From Phoronis australis (taxonomy: Eukaryota > Animalia > Phoronida), in assembly GCA_002633005.1 (NCBI GenBank), contig NMRA01000397.1:311218-375217 (forward strand): a DNA stretch of 64,000 bases. Direction: 5' to 3'. Positions 51,620-64,000 of the stretch are shown here, in pieces. The first letter of the stretch is position 1. Each line of letters opens with the position of its first letter. Position numbers and translations under genes: made by a program. The notes beneath the pieces were generated by a model, which searched no databases, was not told the DNA's origin, and saw nothing but the letters and a program-made list of their open reading frames with translations.

Positions 51620-54120
51620 GTGACATATAAATTGACTTCTTCGGATATGACTGAACGGTTAAAATCCGTTATGGGAAAACTAATCAGTAAGGACCAGACA
51701 GGTTTCGCTTTTGGAAGAAATATGAACGAAAATATCTGCGTGCTATATGATTTAATGTTTTTGCCAAGGCAGGTAACAAATCATTATTGCTTTCACTGAT
51801 TGATTTTGAGAAAGCATTTGATTAATTGTCGTGGAATTTTATTAAAAAACTTTATCTTTTCTTAATTTTGGTTGGTAGATCGGAAGGTGGGTAAAATCTT
51901 TTATAGTAATATTATGTCGTGTATTGTCGTAAATTGTCATCCATCTTCCTGGTTCAATATTTCGCGTAGCTGCAGACAAGGTGACCCTCTGTCTCCCTAC
52001 ATTTTTGTTATGTACTTAGTCACACAATAACAGAATGTTTGTAGGTTGTTATTGTTTATGAGTTCAGTAGTTTAATTGGTATTATGTCATGCGATTCCTA
52101 GTATAGGAAGTGTGTCATAGGTAATACATCATATGTTGTTATGTATTTGTGTGTGTATATATATATATAGTTGTGATATGTAGAATAAATTAGTTCAGTG
52201 TTCAATTCAATTCTGTTCGTTTCACTGCGTAGTTCATGGAGTGTCTACTTTATATGACAAAGTAAGATACACAACAATTTTCATATTATGCGCGGAGATT
52301 TTGGCGTATTTAATCAAGAATAATAAAATATTGCTGGTGTAGTTGCAGGAAATAAGGAATATTTGATTTCGCAATTTTCTGATGACATATCAATTATGTT
52401 GGATGGGTCGAATTTGTCATTGACTAGCATGTTGAATTTACTACATTTGTTTGCTGGTGTCTCCGGTCTCCAAGTCAATATGGATAAAACACAAGCCATG
52501 ATTTTGAAGTAAAACTCGTAGCGATGACGTGAAAGTCTGTCTTGGACAAAAAAAGATCATTTAGATTTTTGGGGGTGGATATTGACACTAAATTGGATAA
52601 TATGACGCATAAGAACTTCACTGCACGAATAAATTCTTTATTAAAAAATTGGTGTCGACGAAATTTAACGCCGTTTGGTACAGTAATTGTAATCCAAAAC
52701 TTTAGCTATTTTTAAACTTAATTTTTGTTGTCAAGTTACCAAATCCACCAGTAATAGTCTTGGATGAATTGAATACGACATTTTTAGATTTGTATGACAG
52801 GCTCGTAATGATAAAATTAAACGAACCACGGCCTGTTTAGGACTTGATCAATGGGACTTCAAATGGTTAATATACATACTTTCAGCAAAGCTTTAAAACT
52901 CGCCATGACCCGTAGATATCTTGAAAGCCCTGCGTCTAAAAGTGGTTTATTACTGTACACACTCTACCCGTTCTTAAAAAAAATTTCTTTTTGGAAATAA
53001 CTTTATTAAGTCGAAGTTAATTTCTACTGGCGCGACGTATTTGGAATTATTGCATCTTACTACAAGACAATAATTGTTGGGAGCAAAGAGGATTTTTTAA
53101 TCAACCTTTGTTGTTCAATTATAGTAACTTGGCAATCGGAGGTACAAGTGTTTTTTATAAGTCTTGGTTTGTAAAAGGCTTCAGATTTATCACAGATATG
53201 TATACCTTTGATGGCGATATCATTAGTTTAAACCATATGATAAGTGGATTCGATGCAAAAAACCAACTTTGTAGAATATAATGGTGTTGTTTCTGTTCTA
53301 AGAAGGTTTAAAGAAGTCTATTTCAAAGTAAATTTAAAAGTGTCAATGTCTATTCTCCTTGCATGCCTTTACAGTATTTACTAGCTTACGGAAAGATTTG
53401 AAGAGTTGTAGACAGATTTGTTCAGTCTTTAACGACGTTAAGAAACCTTCTAAGTCAGAATCTAAATTGGAAGTATAGTTAGGAGGTAGTTTAGATTGGA
53501 AGAAAATATACGCATTGCCTTATGAAATTACAAAGGATCCCAACATTAGATGGTTCCAATTAAGAATATTACACAAGATTATTGAAACAAATACTTTTTA
53601 GTCAAGATCTGTGTTCTTGATTCTGATGTATGTTTCTTTTGTAATAAAGCTCCAGAGACGCTGTCACACCTTTTTTGGGAAAGTCGACCTGTACAAGATT
53701 TTTAGAAGGAATTCAGAAAACTACTTCAAAAGTGTCTCATTCAGCTTCCCAACTGTCTTTCTTACAAACGTGTTATTCTTGGACTTTATGAGACGTGTGA
53801 TTTTCTATTTAACATTTTGTTTTTACTAGCCAAACAGTACATTTACAAGGAGAGATGACACAAAAATATACCTAACTTTCACAACTTTATTACATATACG
53901 TATGAGTACTATAATCCTGAAAAATTAATTGCGTATTGTATATGACAGCTTCTATGCGAAATGGGAAAATTTTATTGTTCACGTTAACTTCATATGTAGC
54001 AATTGTTTACTGTACATGGAATGCGAGAATGAGGTGTGCATTCGTGAATGAATGAATGTACTTATTTGTTTGTTTGTTTTTGTACTTGTTTATCAATGAT
54101 AAAATATACCTGAAAAAAAC
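51620..54120 (+). mobile_element. Decayed, 5'-truncated L1/Tx1-clade non-LTR retrotransposon (ORF2 RT and C-terminal region)
   Basis: Frameshifted RT motifs YKL..., LISKDQTGF, GRNMNENI, IDFEKAFD, CRQGDPLSPYIF, ISQFSDD, WCRRNLTPFG and a C-terminal C..C...ETL.HLFW. A-rich tail at ~54112. About 52015-52285 is an unrelated insertion. Confidence 0.85.
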
Positions 54121-54406
54121 TTTCTATGAAAAATATTTTGATTGGTGTTGATATTTTGCATTGAAATGGATAATAATCAGAATATTGCAGGCTCTACCGG
54201 GTAGGTCAATAAGGATACCAGTGCCGAGTTTGTTTACGCAACTGGTAACTCGACTCAGGGTGATGACACCAAATACATCCTTAATTCTTAAATTTTGAGG
54301 ATTGACGAAAGTCACAAGATACGGAGAATTATTTGTGTGTTTGCTATCAAATACACTTCGTTTACAACGCGTTGAGTTATAGCAGCATGTTGTTTATTCA
54401 ATATAC

Positions 54407-56669
54407 TTACTTTGTGATGAGTAAAATGATATATCTGCTGTTCACAATTGCATCATTAATGCACTCGACTATTGGAAGTCCCAACAGGAAATCACGGTGG
54501 TGTATGCACAGTTGTAATCCGAACCCTTCATCGCCCTCTACAGCCCTGCGTATTCGTTCCACCCAAGCAACGTCCTCGCTTCTGTGACAAAGAAAGTCGT
54601 CGTATGTGTACTGTACAGATGGTAGACGGTGATATTTTCGTCTCCTGACGAGAATGAGCCAAAAACGAATGGTCCATCGCCTGCGGTATGCTACTCCTAT
54701 ACAAACTGTCAAAATGGCTATTGCAGACATGATGGATAAAGACAACAAAGTTGGGGTGCATTTGTCTTGCAAAGTATTAAAACGAAATTCTAAAAGTCGT
54801 ACTGCAGATTTCCGAGAGCAATAAAGAGTGCGGCTGTCCAGTGTCATCGTGGTCTGTAAGCCGGTGTAAAAACACAAGAATTTCACATCTGCTACAGTAG
54901 TACGGGTTGTCAGCCAGCAGAACTGTTATGTTTCCTCTGTACAACGACTTAAGAAATCAGTCGCTTAGATACTGTATTCTGTTTGATGTCATGTCTGCTA
55001 CTTCTAAAGCAGTCAGGTTGTCGAAATGAACGAAACCGTCCGTCAGAAAATTTCTTGAGAGATCCAAAATCGCCATAGTTCCGTGTTTTAATGCAGGTAA
55101 AGAAACAAGGCGGTTATTTCGCAAGATGACTTTACTGAGATTCTTCAGATAGATGAAAGTGTTGACGTGAAGTCCATAAATTCCGTTATCGGATAGGTCG
55201 ATCGTATTTACATTTGTCATGTTTTGGAAAAGAGCGCCGTATTCATCTGAAGCAAGTTTATCTGCTAACTAATTGCCAGAAAGAATTATTGTTTTTAGAC
55301 TTGTCATGTTTTTTAGGATTCCAGGCGGGATATCCCTTAACTCCTTGAATCCCAGGTTTAAAATTTCCACATGATTAGCCTACCTCCGACTATCTGGCGG
55401 GTAACTGGGAACACCGTAAATCTATTCCACGACACGTCAAGGATTTTAAGCTTGTTTTTCATAACAAGAATACTTGTCACGAAGCTCTGTCAGAAAAAAG
55501 ACCCCTTGCAATATAATTCCTCGAGATTTCGAGGAAGTGCAAATTTAAAGTCCATGAGCGCTTGTACACTTTTACCTATCGAACGCTTTTGTTTAGTGAA
55601 ATACCTACTTTATCGAGTGTTCCTTGCACCGCTAATGTCAAGCACTGCTAAATATCGCAGTCGTATCAAATCTAGATACATATCTTTGTAACGCCAAAAG
55701 TGCGCTGTCATGTAATGAAAGAAAAAAGGGTTTCTCCTTAGAGACAGATATCGCAACTTTGGCAAGTACTTATGAAAGTTCCACGCAAAATCGGATATAT
55801 AATCGTTCAAGGAAAGGTTCTCGATTGGCAAATGAGAAAGCATTTTAAGACTGTCTAGAGTGAAATTAAAACGGCGATGTACATTGTTTAAGCTTTCAAG
55901 CAACAGTCTTTTTAGTGAGGACCTGATTTAAGATACGAGTGGCAATATTGTCTTTAAACTTGTCGACCGGTGATCCCTGATTTCGACCTCCTCAAGTGAT
56001 GGCAGATTGTCAAACGCACTGTTGTGTATGGTAGTAAAAGAGCAATTTTCTAGGCTCACGGACTTGATCGAAATGTTCTTTAAAGACAGGAAAATACTTT
56101 TTTTCAAAGTTCGACGGATGTCCATGTTTGAACTTTATTTCTCTAAGCCCGGTCAACTTTCCTATTTCTATCCCAAATACAGCGTTGTTGACCAAGGAAA
56201 CAGTGAGAACTTCGATATTACCAAGGGCTTTGGATGTTCTATTTGGATACCAGCGATCATCTTTTTCCTTTCCACTAATTTTTCAAATTCTTTAGGTTGA
56301 CAAGCTCAGCCATGGTTTCCCCATTCATTACATCCTGTTGTCGGAGACTTTAAGTACTTCCAAGTTCTGAAGTCCAGTGAAGACTCTTTTTTCGATACGT
56401 CGAATGCGATTTTTCGAGAGATCTAAAACACGCAAGTTCGTCAAATTTTTTAATACCGATGACGGGATAACTATTATGAGGTTCGCACTCAAATTCAGAC
56501 GTGTGTAGCGATTGATAATATCTTTTGGGATAGATCGGAGACTTGAGTGTGAGCAGTCGAGAAGCAAACTTGTTTCTTTACATCCTTTCGGTAAAGATAG
56601 CGAATATTTCCTTTCGTGGCTGAGCACAATGAAGAAGATAATGAATGGAAGGAAGCGTCCCATGGACAT
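54407..56669 (-). pseudogene. Toll-like receptor pseudogene (signal peptide, LRR-NT, LRRs, TM, partial TIR)
   Basis: MGRFLPFIIFFIVL signal peptide; CKE...LDCSHSSLRSIP LRR-NT; many LxxLxLSxNxI repeats; TM segment followed by YRRRWTIRF; TIR box1/box2 YTYDDFLCH and LCIHHRDFLLG. Broken over at least six ORFs by frameshifts and stops, with the TIR truncated. Confidence 0.88.
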
Positions 56670-57770
56670 CTTGCTTTTCACGGTAAGTGAAGCTGATCAG
56701 ACGAAATACAATGAACTATAGTTTGATACAAGCCAGTCAGTCAAATAGCGGCATTTGGCAACAACATTTATCTAAAAGCCTCATGCAGAGTCACATCTTA
56801 GACCAAATTCAAACAGAAATTGTACAGCATTGCGGTGCAGTATTTGATCACAGGAACAATCGCTAAACTACAATTTTGAATGCTCGTTTCTTGACAAATT
56901 CCAAAAACGGTTCCATCGGGTAACTTACGTTACTCTATACTAAAGCGCCAATAAACCCACCTTCCACTCTCAAAAAATTGTGATTTACACCACTTACGTT
57001 ATAAGATTGGTCTCAAATTGTTCTTTAGCCACATCGGACGGAGTTATGGGCTTGACCTAGCAGCAAGTCACTGCTCAAAACGAGGCTCTATAAGTTGGCT
57101 TGTCACCACATCATTTTATTCGCCCGAGCATGTACTCTAGTCCGTCAGTTCTTCGCAAACCCAGTGACCATTGAGTAAGGAGCAAGTTGAGACCAAATGT
57201 GCAGCGGTCTGGTCTGGTCAAAAGTTCGCTTATTGGACCGAGAGCGGGCTGATAGCCTCTTTAATGTACGAAAACAATGTTTTTGGTTCGGCGGCAATGC
57301 TCTAAGTTATACATGTATCGGGCGATGCTCGGCGATAAAGCCGATTGACTTCCATTGCGATGGCTTAGAATGTTCAGGCGATTTTTATCGGGTCCGAGGA
57401 GTAGGTTCCAACTGTGAACCTAAATCTAAGCCGCAATTGGTTCTGATGCTTAACTTGAGTTTCAGAGCAAAAAGGATTACATCGGACGATAATCATATGG
57501 CGTTTAAAATCGGCTACAAATGCTCCACCGGGACAGTTTAAACAGTATTTTTGACGGACAAGTGTCTGAAAAGCTATTAAGCAGGTGACGGTAAGCAAAC
57601 TTCCTTGAAATGATGTTCCATGGTCTCAGCTAAGATTATAAATTAGTGCAAACCAAAGATATTAGCAAAGCTTAATTTTTGCATTAGACCGAATTACACA
57701 GTGACATTCGAATCTCGCTGTATTTACTCGCAATGCCGCAAAAATCGTTCGTATGATTTATATTTTTTCA

Positions 57771-57944
57771 GGTGCATTACATCCAATGCCAACGAAGTAT
57801 TACAGCGGTGCTGTGGGTTCTAACTCCAACTGGACAAGGCAGGATAATTTGACAAATATCAGTGGATGCGTGATGTGAGGTGCTTCGTCTTCTCTATCAA
57901 AGACAAGAAAATGTAGAGGAAGTGGATAAAGCAAGTTTGTCAGG
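57771..57944 (+). mobile_element. Possible degenerate THAP-domain exon (transposon relic)
   Basis: tttcag/gttaat-bounded segment reading MPTKYYSGAVGSNS...FVFSIKDKKM*RKWIKQV; resembles a THAP N-terminus with disablements. Confidence 0.35.
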
Positions 57945-59538
57945 TTAATTTCTTGAAAATACCGTTTCAATTTTGGTGCTTAATGCGCGTGGAATAGGGA
58001 ATAATTCTACGGCCACACAACTCAAGTCAAAATGTGCTGACATTTCAAACCATGGACAATGAAAACAACAGGCTTCCTTACCTCTGGGAGAAAGGAAACT
58101 TCTATTGTGAAATCCGGGACGGCCCTACTAGACACCTATTACCCCGATGATGGGAGGGCGCATGCCCCCACTGACCTATGCTATTAACCTCGACAGTACA
58201 AAACATCAACTCAACAAAACGTTCGTCGTAATGCCTGGTTTAATGCTTCAGCCATGAGTGCTACGAAGTCTTGACTTATGAAGTAATCATGAGTTATTGA
58301 ATCAGTCAACTGGTGAGACAGTTGCTGAAAGTGACTCAAGAGTTAATAACAAGTCAAGGCTTCAGTTTGCAGCACTGACTAACAGCATTGGAACATTACA
58401 GCATACATTACTCTGGATGTTTTGTTTGAGTGGGCTTGTACGCTGATGTCCTGTGATTGAGAAATGTGAGAAAAAAATTTTTTGCAATAAAAGCCCTACT
58501 GTGGGTTGCTGAGACTATTTTAGCTCGGAAACTCGTAAACGTTGTTATAAAAAATTATATGCATGCCGCTAACTTAAGGCTGCTTTTGTCGAATATCACG
58601 CTTTAATGCGTCTTGCATTGAAAAGCAAATTTCATACCTTAATAGTTTAAAATTACCGCTAGGTCACATTTCTTCAGGTTTCCTTGATATAGGTTACTGT
58701 GCAGTCACATGTTTTACAAATCCTAAATGTGAAGTTCCGCTGCAATGTAAAAGTGTATCTAGCACCCATATGAGAATTCAGGATGCGTCCCTTGAATTTA
58801 GCATGTAAATATAGAATTTTCAAATTGTTGACTTGGACACCCCATTTTTAAAAAAATCCTTGATTCGAACCTCACTTTTTTAAAAGATCATGGATCCCTC
58901 CCTAAGACCTGTTGTAACAAGTGCGATTTTTTTCATACTATTTTGTAACTCACAGAGATCGCCGAACGTCAATTCCATAAACGTCATTTTTGGCGTAAAA
59001 CCAGCCATGGGCCACTTGTTTAGTGCACGCTGTTGTCAAAACGAAGATTTGTGGCACTTTCGCGGAATGCTAAGGCTTAATTTGGCAACGGAGTTCTAAG
59101 CAAATGCCAGACGCTGTTTGGCATCTTTCTGGTTGATTTAGAATTTCGAGCCAAAGTTTATGGAGATCTTCGTTGAAAATTGTAATTTTAGAGAAAGCTG
59201 AATAACGTAATTGCAGAGGTTCAATCCCTATTTGCATACTCATGATAGACAAAGTATAATCTAACTGCACTAGAGGTGAGACTGTAAGTAGTCAATTACT
59301 GCTAGGTTGTGTTGTCGTTGTTGTTTTTCAGTCTGGGTAATTTTGGGAACTATGTTGTAATTCATTTCAAAAGTGAAGAATACAGGTTTAGAACACTAGT
59401 TTTCGCATTGCAATTCTTACCTTTCAAATCACTGCTTTTTCAAATCACATATCACCGCCTATGACAAAAAATGCTTCCCAGAACTAGAAGTCTTGTTGAA
59501 CATCATTAGTAGGAGGTTGACGTTTTGTGATAAAAAAT

Positions 59539-59745
59539 TGTAGTAGTAGTAGTAGTAGTGGTAGTGGTAGTGGTAGTGGTAGTGGTACTGGTAGGGGTAG
59601 TGGTAGTGGTAGTGGTAGGGGTAGCAGCAGCGGCAGCGGCAGCGACAGCGGTAGTGGCAGTAGTAGTAGTGATAGTGGGATAGTGGTTAGGTAGTAATTG
59701 GTAGTAGTGTTAGTGGTAGTAACAGTAGTAGCAGTAGTAGCAGAA
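59539..59745. repeat. Compound (GTA)n/(GTAGTG)n/(GCAGCG)n microsatellite
   Basis: Direct inspection. Confidence 0.9.
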
Positions 59746-59764
59746 CCAGTAGAAATATTAGTAA

Positions 59765-60090
59765 CGGTAGCTGCATAGCAGCGTATCTGCGTAGTAGCGT
59801 ATCTGCGTAACAGCGTGGCTGCGTAGCAGCGTGACTGCGTACCAGCGTAGCTGCGTAGTAGCGTATCTGCGTAGTAGCGTAGCTGCATGGTATTGTAGCT
59901 GCGTGAAAGGGTATCTGTGCGGTAGTGTAGCTTCGTAGTAGTGTAGCTGCGTAGTAGTGTAGCTGCGTAGTAGCGTAGCTGCATGGTATTGTAGCTGCGT
60001 GAAAGGGTATCTGCGTGGTAGTGTAGCTGCGTAGTAGTGTATCTGCATGGTAGCGTAGCTGCGTAGTAGTGTATCTGCATAGTAGTGTAT
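59765..60090. repeat. ~16-bp tandem repeat (gtagctgcgtagtagc/t) with a higher-order duplicated block
   Basis: Repeated gtagctgcgtagtag / gtatctgcgtagtag units; the block catggtattgtagctgcgtgaaagggtatctg occurs twice. Confidence 0.88.
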
Positions 60091-60099
60091 GTGATAAAT

Positions 60100-62080
60100 T
60101 AAAGACTTTTTCAATCAGCTTGTACTTAAATGATACATTAGGGAGATCGTTCATATTCATGATGGCTCAACCAATTGCCAATCAAATTCTATTGGTCACT
60201 TGGATTTGACTCAAAATGCACCGCAGTGACCCGAAACGGGTCAAGGAGTGTTTCCGTCAAGTTCCTTCTTCTTCTACATGTTTTTAGACTCTCCGAATTT
60301 TGAAAACAAGCAGGCACCAGTGATCTGCAATAGAAATTTACTTGGAATTTAAATGGTATCAAGGGAACCAAATTTCCGGGTCAAAGGTCATTAAGTGCAA
60401 AAGTGAATTTTGAGCTAGACCTTACATAATTACGTATATAGTTTTAATACAGTAATTCAGTCACAAACTTTGGGGTCATTAGGTGCAGTTTTCGTTGATT
60501 TTTTTTACTTTTCACTCATGCTCTTTCCTAGTTACCAATGACATCTCTCTCTCTTTCACACAAAGGATGCAACTTCTATCCAATGCAACGCTCCTATACT
60601 TCACTATGCACGTGGATACACCACACGCAGAGTTGTAAGTGCGCATACGCAATTGCATTCTAGTCCTTATTCTTAGTCTTCTTATTCTTCCTTCCTTTTC
60701 AAATTGTTATTAGTCTTACATCGATTTATTGGCAACAATCATATTCATTGTGATTGATACCACGATGAAGGGATTTTTATTAATTATATTTTGACCAAAA
60801 ATGCACCCGAATGACCCGAAATGGATCATGGAGTGCATTCCATCAAAATACTTCTTCTTCTACGAGTTTTTAGATAGGCTCTTCAAAGTTTGTCAACAAG
60901 TACACCCTTAACAACTGCATCGGAAATTTACTAGGAATTCCAATCGGATCAAGGGAACTGAGTTTCCGGGTAAAAGGTCATTAAGTGCAAAAGTGATTTT
61001 AGAGCTACACCTGTAATCATCACGAATGTGATTACCATTGATAAAGGAAGTTCAGTCACAAACTTTGGGGTCACTAGGTGCAACTTTGGAGTCATTAAGT
61101 GCAGTTTTCTGTTTAATTTGAGACTTTCAATCAGCTTGTACATATTTAATTAATTAAAGAGAACAATGAAATTCAAGGTGGTTCAACCAATTGCCGATTA
61201 AATTCAATTGATCACATGGATTTGAGTCAAAATGCACCAGATTGACCCGAAATGTGTCAAGGAGTGCATTCCATCAAATTGCTTTTTCTTGGACAAGGTA
61301 GACTCTCCGAATTTTGATAACAATCAGGCAGTAGAGAAATGCATCTGAAATTTACGTGGAATTTAAATCGGATAAAGAGAACCGAGTTTCCGGGTCAAAA
61401 GTCGTTAAGTGCAAAACCGACTTTTGAGGTAGAACTTACATAATCACGTATATACATTTCATTCGTAAAGGAAATTCAGTCACAAACTTTGGGGTCATTA
61501 GGAGCAAGTGTGGAGTCATTTCGTGCAATTTTCCGTTGATATTCTTACTTTTCACTCTTGCTCTTTCATAGTTAACAGGGACATCGCTCTCTTTCACACA
61601 AAGGTTGCATCTTTTATGCAATGTAATGCGCCTATTCTCCACAATGCATGTACATACACCACACGCAGAGTGGTAAGTGCGCATACGCAATTGTGTTCTA
61701 GTTACTCTGCGCGTGCAAGCGCAGAGTTTTACTGTTCTACGTATTTTATCTTCTTATTACTCTGTGCGTTCAAGCGCAAATTTTAGTGTTCTACGTATTT
61801 TATCTTCTTATTTTTCTTTTTCTTCTTATTCTTCCTTCCTTTTCAGATTGTTATTACCCTTACATCGATTCAGTTACAACAATCATATTCACTGGGAGTG
61901 ACTCAAAACGCACCGGAATGACCTGAAACGGGTCACGGAATGCATTCCATCAAAACGCTTCTTCTTCTGCAGGTTTTTAGATAGGAGGGTCAGTCACAAA
62001 GTTTTCGGTCATTAGGTGCAAACTTTAGGGTCGTTATGCAAATTCTGGGGTCATTAAGTACAATTTTCTAATGACCTAGC
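60100..62080 (+). mobile_element. Head-to-tail array of a second Helentron/HINE-like family (family B)
   Basis: 3' ends cacgcagagt...tgcgcatacgca...ttctagt at ~60664 and ~61701. 5' end ttactctgcgcg-tgcaag-cgcagagt plus a ttcttatt microsatellite at 61702. Repeated cores (aatgcacc...gacccgaaa, ccgggtcaaaggtcattaagtgcaa). Confidence 0.65.
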
Positions 62081-63625
62081 TTTTCCCACTTCATTATTTC
62101 ATTGTACACCAGAGACCACTCTCTCTTTCCCACCAGTACCTAGGTAATGGAATACGCCTAGTAATCACAAGTACCCTAATTTTCCCTCGACGGCACCCCC
62201 ATACAAAACTCATTCCTCAGTCAAACCTCATTATATTTGTGAATTCGCAGACGCAGTGAGTAGTAATAGTTATGAAGGTCTCTCTTAATCACTCGCCTAC
62301 GTGGTGATTTTTCACTACAACGCCTGGTTTGTAACGCTTGTTCGCTTGGCTGGTAGCGGTTCTATTCCACAAGTCCTGGGCCAACTGAACCATGTTCAAA
62401 TTGATTTGGTTACAGCAAACTTTGCTTACAACAAATGCTTTAGAAGGGTCCCTTCTGGGTTTATGAATGTTAACGAAGTTTGACTGTGCAAGTTTTAAGT
62501 TTTAAGAATGTTGCATCTTTTAAATATCCACTTTTCAGTTTGACTGCACTATGTAACTATGACAATTCTTCTCTTTGCTTATAAATATTTTAAAATTGCG
62601 CTCTCACAACGTTGTATTACTTGTTAAAGAAGCAATTGTGCCTTGGACATGTACAATAATATTTTGATTAGCATAATATTTTGAACGTCTGCATCCCTCT
62701 CATCTAGCTAGCAGTTTTTCAGCCTCATTTTTTGTGTTTCACTTCTTCCTGCAGTCTACCGCTACATGTAGTTTTTCTCATTAAGCTATGGATCCTACAT
62801 TAGATTCTAAGTAGGTAGTCGCACAAGGTATTGTTCTTCTGTTACAAAATAAATTTAGATGGCGGTAGCAGTGTAGTACTAATCGTAAGAAACTAAGCAG
62901 TAACAACAGTCTTACTTAATACTACACACTTCTTATTTGTAATGTTGACCTGTTTCTGCCTTTGTTTTCTTTTTCTTTGTAATGTCCCCATCTCAAATCA
63001 ATGGAACATAACACATTCTGACTTAAAGTGACAACAGCACGAACAGCTCACGACTGTACACTTTATATTAAAAGCCAGGCATTTATTAGGCCAGGTAAAC
63101 AAAAACGTGTGTAAATAATTTCCCATTGTTTTTAGCTGTGATGGGCCATTTATCTGGTGACTTATGATTTGTAAAATAAATCACCTAATTAAACATTCTT
63201 GTGCTGGCCAGTCACACAACATTGCGAATAAGAGATTCAAGGCATTTGCCTGACTTGTACTTCATAACAGTTGCTTTTTAGATGCTGTGATCAAATACTC
63301 AGTACATATGACAATCTGTTTTCATTTAAAATAATTCCGACATGTGATCAAATTTTTATAGCACCACACATAATCACTGTTTGACGTGAATTGATTGCAA
63401 TATGTTTTGTCTTTCAGGTTGTCTTTAGGTGATTCACATTCCTGAAGTTGAAGCATTGCAGTTACAAGACTAAGACTAATAGCCGGGATAGAGACATACA
63501 GTGACTGTCACAACTGTCTGGGAAACTAACACCCAGACCAGTTAAGGGAGATTGCATCTCCACTGGAGCGAAGCAAGTGTCAAGGCACCAGCAACTGTGT
63601 GCACTTGTGCTTCGTTTGGCAGACG

Positions 63626-63990
63626 ACGCGGGATTTTGGCCCCCACACCACCAAAATAGTTACCATTTGACAGACGACGTGGGATCTTGGCCCCCACACC
63701 ATTTTGGTCGACACGTGGGATCTTGGCCCCCACACCATTTTGGCCGACACGTGGGATCTTGGCCCCACACCATTTTGGCCAATACGTGAGATCTTGGCCC
63801 CCACACCATTTTTGCCGACACGTGGGATCCTGGCCCCTACACCATTTTGGCCGGCGACGTGGGATATTGGCCCCCACACCAGAACTATTACCAGAAACCT
63901 AATCTGTGACATATTGTTAACCCTACGAGCAGCATTTGGGCACCTGCAAGAGTTCGGCTAATTACGCAAGATCTTGGCCCCCGCACCAGT
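63626..63990. repeat. ~33-bp GC-rich minisatellite (acgtgggatcttggcccccacaccattttggccgac)
   Basis: About 7 tandem copies at 63626-63880 plus a partial copy near 63968. Confidence 0.9.
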
Positions 63991-64000
63991 TTAATACCGG

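Noticed and set aside
59484-60160. ORFs of 118-198 aa on the minus strand
   Set aside because: They are translations of microsatellite and 16-bp tandem repeats.
63542-63961. Several overlapping ORFs with repeated peptides
   Set aside because: They arise from a ~33-bp minisatellite that is open in multiple frames on both strands.

Overview
AT-rich, repeat-dense, intron-containing DNA from an invertebrate animal; the species cannot be named from the sequence. Positions 1781-14904 (+) hold the seven 3' coding exons of CDT1, including a U12-type (minor spliceosome) intron. The CDT1 introns and 3' flank are packed with copies of a Helentron/HINE-like repeat, plus a MITE and a THAP-transposon relic. 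An orphan 343-aa ORF (24600-25631) and a Kolobok-like TTAA element (25833-27735) follow. The main feature is a giant multimodular nonribosomal peptide synthetase on the minus strand (44401-29063). It is about 4,760 aa once a 654-bp haplotype-overlap artefact at the N at 37566 is removed. Its architecture is C(partial)-A-T-E-C-A-T-C-A-T-E-C-A(vestigial)-T-TE. It has two epimerisation domains, an intronless ~13.6-kb core, and a spliced-on thioesterase that resembles the animal fatty acid synthase TE. Further along lie a decayed L1/Tx1-type LINE, a Toll-like receptor pseudogene (54407-56669), microsatellites, a tandem array of a second HINE-like element and a ~33-bp minisatellite.
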